From Verrucomicrobiales bacterium (GTDB lineage Bacteria; Verrucomicrobiota; Verrucomicrobiia; Verrucomicrobiales; DEV007): a DNA stretch of 64,000 nucleotides. Below, piece by piece: positions 57,495-64,000 of the stretch. Both the position numbers and the translations under genes were made by a program. Position 1 is the stretch's first letter; every line of letters begins with the position of its first letter. The notes below the pieces were generated by a model. It saw only the letters and a list, made by a program, of their open reading frames with translations. It had not been told where the DNA came from and did not search any database. Location: positions 63,845-127,844 of the forward strand of contig DATKCT010000149.1 in assembly GCA_035513055.1 (NCBI GenBank), read 5' to 3'.

Positions 57495-58075
57495 ATGGAT
57501 GAGGGGGTCACCGGCTTGACCAGGGCGGCGACTACAGCTCCGCCGAGCAGCAAACCCACCGCATGATACACCCACTGGATCGCTTCCCACTTCACGGGAT
57601 GGTAAAACCAGATGATCTCGCCGCCATCCACCCAAGTCGCCGCCACGACCGCGATCAAGGCGGTCAGGCCCAGCCGGCACCCATACTTCGCCAAGCATCC
57701 TCCCCCCTTCCGCATGGCGATGGCGAGCAGAAAGGCCACCGCAGCCATATGGAGGAAACCGGTCAAAAACGTGCCTGGATCCATGGGATTACTGCCCTCG
57801 GGATGGTAGAAGACCTGGAGGAGGGGACCGGTTTCGTGTTTCTCCATCCAGGCCTTGGCCGAGTCGTGGCTCTCTGTAGCGGACGGGGGATTGGGCACGT
57901 AATACACTCCGCCTGAAGGCAGCGCTCTCTTTGCCGTCTCGACGAGGGCGGCTTCCGCATCCGCATCGAGGTCTCCGTAGGGATCCAAAGCCATGACCAG
58001 GAAACGCCAATAGACCCAGCCCCACAGGAACATCACCAGTCCCGCCAGCAACGAAGCAAGAATCGCTCGAATCAT
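57491..58075 (-). CDS. Hypothetical integral membrane protein, translationally coupled to the PSCyt/PSD1 gene
   Basis: From the ATG at 58075: MIRAILASLLAGLVMFLWGWVYW, followed by three more hydrophobic segments. I recognise no family. Confidence 0.6.
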   Translation of the reverse strand: MIRAILASLLAGLVMFLWGWVYWRFLVMALDPYGDLDADAEAALVETAKRALPSGGVYYVPNPPSATESHDSAKAWMEKHETGPLLQVFYHPEGSNPMDPGTFLTGFLHMAAVAFLLAIAMRKGGGCLAKYGCRLGLTALIAVVAATWVDGGEIIWFYHPVKWEAIQWVYHAVGLLLGGAVVAALVKPVTPSSI

Positions 58076-58180
58076 CTGCTGTGACTCCTTCTCGGAACGA
58101 GGGTCCCACAATCATCCCGGCTGGGCAAGCCTTCGTTTCTCATGCGGCTGACGCTCATGCTCACGCTTCCGCATTTCGCG

Positions 58181-58349
58181 TTAACCCACATTTCTCATTC
58201 ACTTTTTGGTGTGGCGCGCTGCGCGCCATCCTGCCTTCGTTGCGCTTGCCTCGGCCTTGAACAGGGTCTACTCACGCAGCTCTGCGCCCTCGGCTGCGCG
58301 CGCGTTCGCAGCGCCTCGCGACGAAACGAGAGGAGAAATGGGGGGTAAG
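58181..58349 (+). repeat. TIR-bounded GC-rich repeat element, short copy
   Basis: Aligns by eye with the reverse complement of 46758-47014, for example CCCACATTTCTCAT..TGTGGCGCGCTGC..CATCCTGC.TTCGTT.CGCTTGCCTCGG.CTTGAACAGGGT.TACTCAC.CAGCT..GCGCCCTCGGCTGCGCGCG...TTCGCAGCGCCTCGCGACGAAACG. Its ends CCCACATTTCTC and GAGAAATGGGGG are inverted. Confidence 0.7.
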
Positions 58350-58565
58350 AAAAGTCAGGTCAAGGTGTGCCCTCGACCGTGTTCGCGGGTCCAGCTTGGC
58401 GTTTCTTTGACCAGGAGGCAACGGAGGAACCGGAGGATCCGGGTGGGAATAAAACGGGAAAAAAGCCCCTTGGTGCTGGACCACGGCGACGATCTCTGAG
58501 AGAATGGATTCCCGGGTGTTCTCGCCCGTTTCCCCGTCCACCCTCAGCAAACTGCCGCTGTCGTT

Positions 58566-59072
58566 ATGAATACGGAACCGCAGGAAACCAGCCCAACAAC
58601 CGCCGCCATCACCTTTACCATCAATGGCGAAAAACGGACGGCGGCGACTGCTCCGGATCGCCCGCTCCTCGAGGTCCTCCGCGAAGATTTGGGGCTAACC
58701 GGAACGAAGTACGGCTGCGGCGAGACCCAATGCGGAGCGTGTTCGGTGCTCCTGGACAATCGCCGCGTATTCTCCTGTCGCACTCCCGTTTCCCAGGCCG
58801 AAGGCCGCGAGGTCGTCACCATTGAAGGCCTGAGCCAAGGCGGCGCTCTGCATCCCGTCCAACAGGCGTTCCTGGACGAGGACGCCTACCAATGCGGGTA
58901 TTGCACGCCGGGCATGATCGTCACGACCGTCGCTCTCCTGGCCGAGAATCCGCGCCCGGACGACCGGCAGATCGTCGCGGCGCTCAACGGCAACATCTGC
59001 CGTTGTTGTAGTTACCCAAACATCCTCCGAGCCGTTCGACGGGCTGTTAGCGGACCGCCAAAGGAAGACTGA
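58566..59072 (+). CDS. (2Fe-2S)-binding small subunit of a molybdopterin oxidoreductase (IorA/aldehyde oxidase type)
   Basis: GCGETQCGACSV and CGYCTPGMI...NICRCCSYPNI are the two canonical [2Fe-2S] cysteine clusters. Confidence 0.9.
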   Translation: MNTEPQETSPTTAAITFTINGEKRTAATAPDRPLLEVLREDLGLTGTKYGCGETQCGACSVLLDNRRVFSCRTPVSQAEGREVVTIEGLSQGGALHPVQQAFLDEDAYQCGYCTPGMIVTTVALLAENPRPDDRQIVAALNGNICRCCSYPNILRAVRRAVSGPPKED

Positions 59073-59073
59073 C

Positions 59074-61233
59074 ATGAAACCAGAATCCAAGAGCCTTATT
59101 TCTTCGGCAGCGGATCCAGCGGCTTCCGAGATCGACGAGGAACTGCTTTTTGATCGCGTCCGGTTCCATTTCCGGCCCAGCCGGCGAGGCTTCGTCCGCA
59201 CGCTTGGAGCCGGATTGATGCTCGCCCTGCCCGCTTCGGCCCAGGATCGCCGCGGCCGCCGTTCCCAGCGCGGCGGAGGAGGAGCCGCCACCCTGTCGGC
59301 CCGGCTCCACATCGCCGAAGATGGGACGATCACGGTTTTCACCGGCAAGGTCGAGTGCGGCCAGGGGTCCCGAGCTGAGCTGACGCAGGCCGCCGCTGAA
59401 GAACTGCGATTATCCCCTTCTTCCGTCCGCCTTTTGATGGCCGACACTCAATCGGTTCCCGATGACGGAGGCACCGCGGGCAGCCGGTCGACGCCCTCGA
59501 CGGTGCCGGCAATTCGCGCGGGTTGTGCTGCCGCCAGGGAATTGCTGATCCGTCTGGCAGCCGCTCGCTGGGATGTCGACCCCTTGCAGATCGAGGTCCA
59601 CGCCGGAGAGGCTCGACAAGCCGGGCAGGACCGCCGTCTGCGCTACTCCGATTTGGCGGCGGACCCCGATTCCGCCGCGGCGCTCGCGCAAGCCATCCCC
59701 GACGGTCCCCGCCTGACGCCCATGGACCGGTGGGAGGCGCTCGGCCAATCTCTGTCGCGGCCCAATGGCGCCGGCCTCGTGACCGGCAGCCACGCCTACC
59801 CATCAGATATCCAGCGACCGGGCATGCTCTACGGGCGCGTGCTGCGCCCGCCGTCTTTCGGCGCCCGTCTCGTCTCTGTGGACCTTGCGCCGGTTCAGGC
59901 CCTCGAGGGCGTGACGGCGGTCCACGACGATCAGTTCGCCGGCGTGGCCGCTCCCACTTCGGCTGCGGCATCGGCCGCCCTGCGCGCGCTCGCCGCCGCC
60001 GCAGTCTGGGAGGAACGCAGGGACCACCCATCGAGCGATGCCTTGTTCGAACATCTGCGGGAGCATGCTGAAGGCGGGACACCGGAGAATCCGTTTCGCG
60101 CGGAACTGGACGGAGCAACCCATACCCTGCGGCAATCCTATCATATTCCCTACGTGCAGCACTGCCCCATGGAACCGCGGAGCGCCGTCGCCGAGTGGGA
60201 AGACGGGCGGCTCACCGTCTGGACGGCGAGCCAGATGCCTTTCCGGGTTCGCGGCGAGTTGGCCCAAGCTTTCTGGGCCGGAGAAGATCGCGTGCGCGTG
60301 ATCATTCCTGATTTCGGAGGCGGATTTGGCGGCAAACACTCCGGTGAATGCGCCGTGGAGGCCGCCAGATTGGCTCAATCCGCAGGGAAGCCGGTTAGCC
60401 TGCAGTGGACCCGCGAAGAGGAGTTCACCTGGGCGCAGTTTCGTCCGGCAGCGCTCATCGAAGCCGAGGCCAGTCTCGACGCCTCCGGCCGCCTTACTTC
60501 CTGGCACTTTATCAATGTGAACTCAGGGCGTTCGGCCGTCGACACGCCCTACCGCACCGGGAAGGCTGAGTCCGCATTTCTCGGAACGGAGGCGCCGCTG
60601 CGGCACGGTTCTTACAGGGCCCTGGCGTCCACCGCCAATGTCTTTGCCCGGGAGTGCTTCATGGATGAGCTGGCCTTCCTGGCGGGCCAGGATCCGCTTG
60701 CGTTCCGGCTGGCGCACCTTGAAGAGGGGCGTCTCCGTGATGTGCTCGAGGAAGCAGCGCGGCGCTTCGACTGGGGTCGCCGTTCGCAGGAGCTTTCGCC
60801 GCCGGGAGGAGCCGGCCTTGCCTGCGGAACCGAAAAGGGGTCTTTTGTCGCTGCCTGCGCTGAGGTCGTCGTGGAAGGTTCCGCCATTCGCGTCACGCGG
60901 GTGGTTCAAGTCTTCGAGTGCGGAAAAGTTCTCAACCCCGCCAATCTGCGTGCTCAGGTGGAGGGCTCCATTCTCATGGGTCTCGGCCCTATTCTCTCTG
61001 AAGAGACCCGTTTCGCCGGCGGGAGGGTCCTTAATCCGGCATTCAGCAGTTACCCGGTTCCGCGTTTCGCCGGCTTGCCCGGTCTCGAGATCCATCTTCT
61101 GGACCGTCCCGACTTGGATTCTGCGGGGGGCGGCGAAACGCCCCTGATTGCGGTGGCTCCGGCCGTCGCCAATGCGGTGTTCCGCGCGACCGGACAGCGC
61201 GTCCGGAGGCTGCCGGTCCGTCTCGAGGCATGA
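59074..61233 (+). CDS. Molybdopterin-binding large subunit (isoquinoline 1-oxidoreductase beta / aldehyde oxidase family), Tat-like signal
   Basis: SRRGFVRTLGAGLMLALPASAQ, KVECGQGSRAELTQAAAEEL, MEPRSAVAEW, GGGFGGK and GETPLIAVAPAVANAVF. Confidence 0.85.
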   Translation: MKPESKSLISSAADPAASEIDEELLFDRVRFHFRPSRRGFVRTLGAGLMLALPASAQDRRGRRSQRGGGGAATLSARLHIAEDGTITVFTGKVECGQGSRAELTQAAAEELRLSPSSVRLLMADTQSVPDDGGTAGSRSTPSTVPAIRAGCAAARELLIRLAAARWDVDPLQIEVHAGEARQAGQDRRLRYSDLAADPDSAAALAQAIPDGPRLTPMDRWEALGQSLSRPNGAGLVTGSHAYPSDIQRPGMLYGRVLRPPSFGARLVSVDLAPVQALEGVTAVHDDQFAGVAAPTSAAASAALRALAAAAVWEERRDHPSSDALFEHLREHAEGGTPENPFRAELDGATHTLRQSYHIPYVQHCPMEPRSAVAEWEDGRLTVWTASQMPFRVRGELAQAFWAGEDRVRVIIPDFGGGFGGKHSGECAVEAARLAQSAGKPVSLQWTREEEFTWAQFRPAALIEAEASLDASGRLTSWHFINVNSGRSAVDTPYRTGKAESAFLGTEAPLRHGSYRALASTANVFARECFMDELAFLAGQDPLAFRLAHLEEGRLRDVLEEAARRFDWGRRSQELSPPGGAGLACGTEKGSFVAACAEVVVEGSAIRVTRVVQVFECGKVLNPANLRAQVEGSILMGLGPILSEETRFAGGRVLNPAFSSYPVPRFAGLPGLEIHLLDRPDLDSAGGGETPLIAVAPAVANAVFRATGQRVRRLPVRLEA

Positions 61234-62954
61234 AGAGCCGGCCTGGCTGGGGAGAGGTCCTGGAATGCTTGGCGGGCGACACCGGCGTCCAGGGCCCCTG
61301 CGCCCTGGCAACCGTCCTCCGGACCCGAGGTTCAACCCCCTTGCCTTGTGGAGCGCAGGCTGTATTGAACGCGGCATCTCTTTTGGCCGGCACCATTGGC
61401 GGCGGAGCGCTCGAAGCCGAAGCGTTGCGTCGCGGGGCCCGAATCGCTGCGGGCGGTTCCGCGGAAATATTCGACTTTCCGTTGCAGGGTTCCGGCGGCC
61501 AAGATCCCAAGCCCATCTGTGGCGGGGATGTCCGGGTGTTGGTGCAACCCTACACGGAGGCGGATCGCAGAGCTTACCGTCAAGCTTGGAAAAGCTGGCG
61601 CCAGCGTGAAACCGGCGTCCTCGAAACCCGGGTGCTGGGAGGTGATCGGCGCCAGGTGGAAAGCCGATGGTGGAGCGCGCCCGACATCGCCGGCTGTCCG
61701 GACCAGAGCGTGGCGCAGCTTCTTCGGGAGACGCTCGCCATCTCGAAGGCACGAAGCATTGTCGCGCCGGATACGGGACCGCACGAACTCTTGGCCTTGC
61801 TCCATGTGCCCCTTTGCATCCGGCCCCAACTGCTCATCGCCGGAGCGGGACACGTCGGCCAAGCTCTGGCGACTCAGGCCGCCCTGATGGATTTCGCCGT
61901 CGTCGTGATAGACGATCGCCCGGAATGGCTGGACCCCTCACATTTTCCCAGGGGAACACGGCTGATCTGTGGAGCGATCGCCGCATCAATGGAGGGATTT
62001 CCCATCGATTCCGAGACCTATGTCGCCCTGGTTACCCGCGGTCACCAGCCCGATGCCGGAGCCCTGAGAGCCTGCATCCACAGCCCCGCGGCCTATATCG
62101 GAATGATCGGCAGCCAACGGAAAGTAGACCTCATGCGGGCGAACTTTCGCGTATCCGGCAGCGCCACCGACGAGGATTTCGACCGCGTCCACGCGCCCAT
62201 CGGTCTTGAGATCGGCGCCCAAACCGCGCCGGAAATTGCGGTGAGCATCCTTGCTCAGGTCATCGCGGTCCGTCGCAAAGTTTGGCCGGACCGGGCAGCG
62301 GCAGGGAGCGCCCGCGATCTCATGATCTGTGCGATCATCCTCGCAGCCGGGCGATCGCGCCGCATGGGCTCCGCCAAGCTTCTCCTTCCGTTAAGAGGAC
62401 GGCCCGTGATCGCTCACGTCGTCGCGGCCATCCCTCGCTGTTCTGTAGGTAGAATCTTCGTCGTCCTGCGCGCAGGCGACCGCGCCATCCCGGACGCGCT
62501 GGCCGGACAAGACATCATTTATGTGACGAATCCGGACCCGGAGGGCGATATGCTCTCCTCGGTCCGCTGCGGGTTTCGGGCATTGCCCGTGGAATGCGAG
62601 GCCGCTCTGGTCGTTTTGGGCGATCAACCCGGTATCACACCGGCTTTGGTCGAGACCATCGTGGCGGCCCGGGCCAGCAGCGGATGTTCGCTGATTGTGC
62701 CGCGTGGGCCGGCGGGCCGCGGGCATCCTCTCTTGGTGGGCATGGAACATCGGGAAGAGGTGCTGACCTGCTGCGACGGAGTGGGATTACGAGGCTTGCT
62801 GGCATCCCATCCCACTGGGGTGTGGGAAGTCGCGGCGCCGGAAACAATGGCGTTGATCGACATGGATACCCCGGAGGACTACGCCAAGCTCGAGGCTCAT
62901 TTTCTCAGCGCCGGCACGGTTCCCCGTTCTTCCTCGGAGTCATCGGAAGATTAG
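61230..62954 (+). CDS. Fusion of an XdhC/CoxI-type Mo-enzyme maturation factor with a MobA-like nucleotidyltransferase (MocA-like)
   Basis: N-terminal CALATVLRTRGSTP (XdhC_CoxI), LLIAGAGHVGQALATQAALMDFAVVVIDDR (XdhC Rossmann fold), then ICAIILAAGRSRRMGSAKLLLPL...VLGDQP, a MobA/MocA-like NTP transferase. The ATG overlaps the previous stop as ATGA. Confidence 0.8.
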   Translation: MKSRPGWGEVLECLAGDTGVQGPCALATVLRTRGSTPLPCGAQAVLNAASLLAGTIGGGALEAEALRRGARIAAGGSAEIFDFPLQGSGGQDPKPICGGDVRVLVQPYTEADRRAYRQAWKSWRQRETGVLETRVLGGDRRQVESRWWSAPDIAGCPDQSVAQLLRETLAISKARSIVAPDTGPHELLALLHVPLCIRPQLLIAGAGHVGQALATQAALMDFAVVVIDDRPEWLDPSHFPRGTRLICGAIAASMEGFPIDSETYVALVTRGHQPDAGALRACIHSPAAYIGMIGSQRKVDLMRANFRVSGSATDEDFDRVHAPIGLEIGAQTAPEIAVSILAQVIAVRRKVWPDRAAAGSARDLMICAIILAAGRSRRMGSAKLLLPLRGRPVIAHVVAAIPRCSVGRIFVVLRAGDRAIPDALAGQDIIYVTNPDPEGDMLSSVRCGFRALPVECEAALVVLGDQPGITPALVETIVAARASSGCSLIVPRGPAGRGHPLLVGMEHREEVLTCCDGVGLRGLLASHPTGVWEVAAPETMALIDMDTPEDYAKLEAHFLSAGTVPRSSSESSED

Positions 62955-62995
62955 AGTTCCTCCTCTGCGGGCTCAACAAATGGTGATCCAGACTT

Positions 62996-63337
62996 TTGCC
63001 TTGCGCCGAAACGAAACGACGGCTCATTTCTCATTACCTGCACCTGATGGAGCACGAAGGCGAGACCTTCTCGCGAGGGATGGTCGAGCGCGGGACGCTG
63101 GAACGTCTGCTCCCAGTCCTCATGACCGCCTTGGTCGCCGGAATTGCTCTGACCCCGCTCGTCCTGGCGGGCGACGCCGCCGGCAAGGAGATCCTCCATC
63201 CCATCGCGGTGGTGATCGTTGGGGGATTGGCGACCTCGACTCTCCTCGGTCTCGGCGTCACTCCCGCCGTCTTCTGGTCATTCGGGGCGAAGGCGGCGCG
63301 CCGGGCTCTGGCGCGCCGGGCCTTGGTGCAGCGGTGA
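62996..63337 (+). pseudogene. C-terminal remnant (about 100 aa) of a CzcA/CusA-type RND efflux pump
   Basis: LISHYLHLMEHEGETFSRGMVERGTLERLLPVLMTALVAGIALTPLVLAGDAAGKEILHPIAVVIVGGLATSTLLGLGVTPAVFWSFG matches the last two TM helices of heavy-metal RND pumps. The roughly 900 upstream residues are absent, and an in-frame stop lies at 62984. Confidence 0.6.
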
Positions 63338-63383
63338 CAACGCACGGAGTAACCTTTGCAACGCGTACTCATAGTGGCTCCGG

Positions 63384-64000
63384 ATGGCGCGTCATCCGGC
63401 ATTGCCATCGTCCGCGGCGCCTGGCATGCTGGCGGGCGAAACGATGGAGGGCTTCGACGAGTCCAAGACTGCGCCCGACCACGGCAACGGGTCCGGCGGC
63501 GTGAAGGGATCCAGCGGCGGCGAGGGCTTCCGGCCGCGCATTATGCCTGAGACCATCGGGCGCTTTCAAATCGTCAAGGTTCTCGGCGCCGGAGCGTTCG
63601 GCGTTGTCTATCATGGCTACGATCCGGAACTCGATCGCGAGGTCGCCATAAAACTTCTGCCGCGTCTCTCCGCAGCCCGGCATGGGGATGAGGGCGACAT
63701 CCGCCTTGACGAAGCGCGAGCCCTGGGCCGGCTCGATCACCCCAACATCGTTCCCGTTCACGATGTCGGCACGCTTCCCACCGGCGAAATGTTCATCGTT
63801 TCGAAGCTGATCGAAGGCGTCGCCCTCTCTCAGATCATGGAGAAATCGCAGTGCGATCCTGTCCGCGCCACCGAACTGCTCACGATGGTCTGCGAAGCCC
63901 TGCAACACGCCCATCGCGAGCGCATCTATCACCGGGACGTCAAGCCTGCCAACATCCTTGTCGATCACCAGGGAAACCCGTTCCTCATCGATTTTGGGAT
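63384..64000 (+). CDS. Ser/Thr protein kinase, N-terminal part; runs off the right edge of the window
   Basis: My hand translation gives IGRFQIVKVLGAGAFGVVYHGYDPELDREVAIKLL (GxGxxG + VAIK) and IYHRDVKPANILVD (catalytic loop). Possible ATG starts are at 63384, 63426, 63444 and 63543. Not in the ORF track because no stop lies in the window. Confidence 0.85.
   Translation, partial: MARHPALPSSAAPGMLAGETMEGFDESKTAPDHGNGSGGVKGSSGGEGFRPRIMPETIGRFQIVKVLGAGAFGVVYHGYDPELDREVAIKLLPRLSAARHGDEGDIRLDEARALGRLDHPNIVPVHDVGTLPTGEMFIVSKLIEGVALSQIMEKSQCDPVRATELLTMVCEALQHAHRERIYHRDVKPANILVDHQGNPFLIDFG

Noticed and set aside
58350-58565. Possible Moco riboswitch or other leader upstream of the molybdoenzyme genes
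   Set aside because: I could not find the conserved Moco-motif core sequences by eye. Only cmsearch with the Rfam Moco model could settle it, so I make no claim.
60523-61752. 409-aa minus-strand ORF
   Set aside because: It is antisense to the Mo-subunit and XdhC genes and reads as Arg/Pro/Gly-rich junk.
63027-63037. CATTTCTCATT, identical to the core of the repeat-family TIR, at the start of the RND remnant
   Set aside because: Here it encodes the conserved RND residues I-S-H-Y, and no further element sequence follows. It is most likely a coincidental 11-mer match rather than an element-mediated breakpoint. A computed alignment of the flanks could revisit this.
63369-63968. 199-aa minus-strand ORF
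   Set aside because: It is antisense to the Ser/Thr kinase, whose GxGxxG, VAIK and HRDVKPAN motifs read cleanly on the plus strand.
1-64000. tRNA, rRNA, transposase, integrase or defence-system genes
   Set aside because: I recognised none in any frame or intergenic region. The long N-terminal extensions of many track ORFs (for example 19597, 21387, 16122, 43100, 30224 and 50727) are upstream read-through to alternative start codons, and I trimmed them to motif-supported ATG starts.

Overview
This is a GC-rich chromosomal segment. Its gene content points to the PVC superphylum (Verrucomicrobiota or Planctomycetota): three DUF1501 genes, two PSCyt/DUF1549/DUF1553 genes, a PVC-type CxxCH heme protein and a long MoxR/DUF58/BatA-like operon. 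I support about 50 protein genes and found no rRNA, tRNA, CRISPR array, transposase, integrase or recognisable defence system.

Layout by coordinate:
- 1-16 kb (minus strand): an 8-gene Bat/MoxR-type operon.
- 16-17.3 kb: an FmdB zinc-ribbon gene followed by a sirtuin gene.
- 18-25 kb: an aldehyde dehydrogenase plus a GMC-oxidoreductase sugar-oxidation cluster.
- 25-37.7 kb: DUF1553/DUF1501/amidohydrolase genes and an SGNH-like/PVC-heme/DUF1501 group.
- 37.8-45 kb: fabF, exbB-exbD-tonB-like, yceD-rpmF-plsX-fabH and tatD.
- 45-51 kb: a DAACS transporter, gltX, a LOG-family gene and a BI-1 gene.
- 51-58 kb: LamG and FG-GAP secreted proteins and a second DUF1553/DUF1501 pair.
- 58.5-63 kb: a molybdoenzyme cluster (2Fe-2S subunit, Mo subunit, XdhC-MocA fusion).
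- Right edge: a Ser/Thr kinase running off the window.

I do not see a clear novel multi-gene system. Items worth a second look:
1. A repeat bounded by terminal inverted repeats, present twice in opposite orientation, each time upstream of and co-oriented with the next gene.
2. An FG-GAP gene interrupted by a single in-frame TGA directly before a Cys codon (pseudogene versus selenocysteine).
3. A recurring AT-flanked GTGTCAGACAC palindrome, including a perfect 24-nt tandem duplication.
4. Several gene remnants: LamG/MAM-like, the C-terminus of an RND pump, and a rhodanese.
5. A clan-CD peptidase-like lipoprotein and a very long acidic low-complexity protein inside the Bat-like operon.

All family assignments come from reading motifs in the supplied translations. 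No database search was run.
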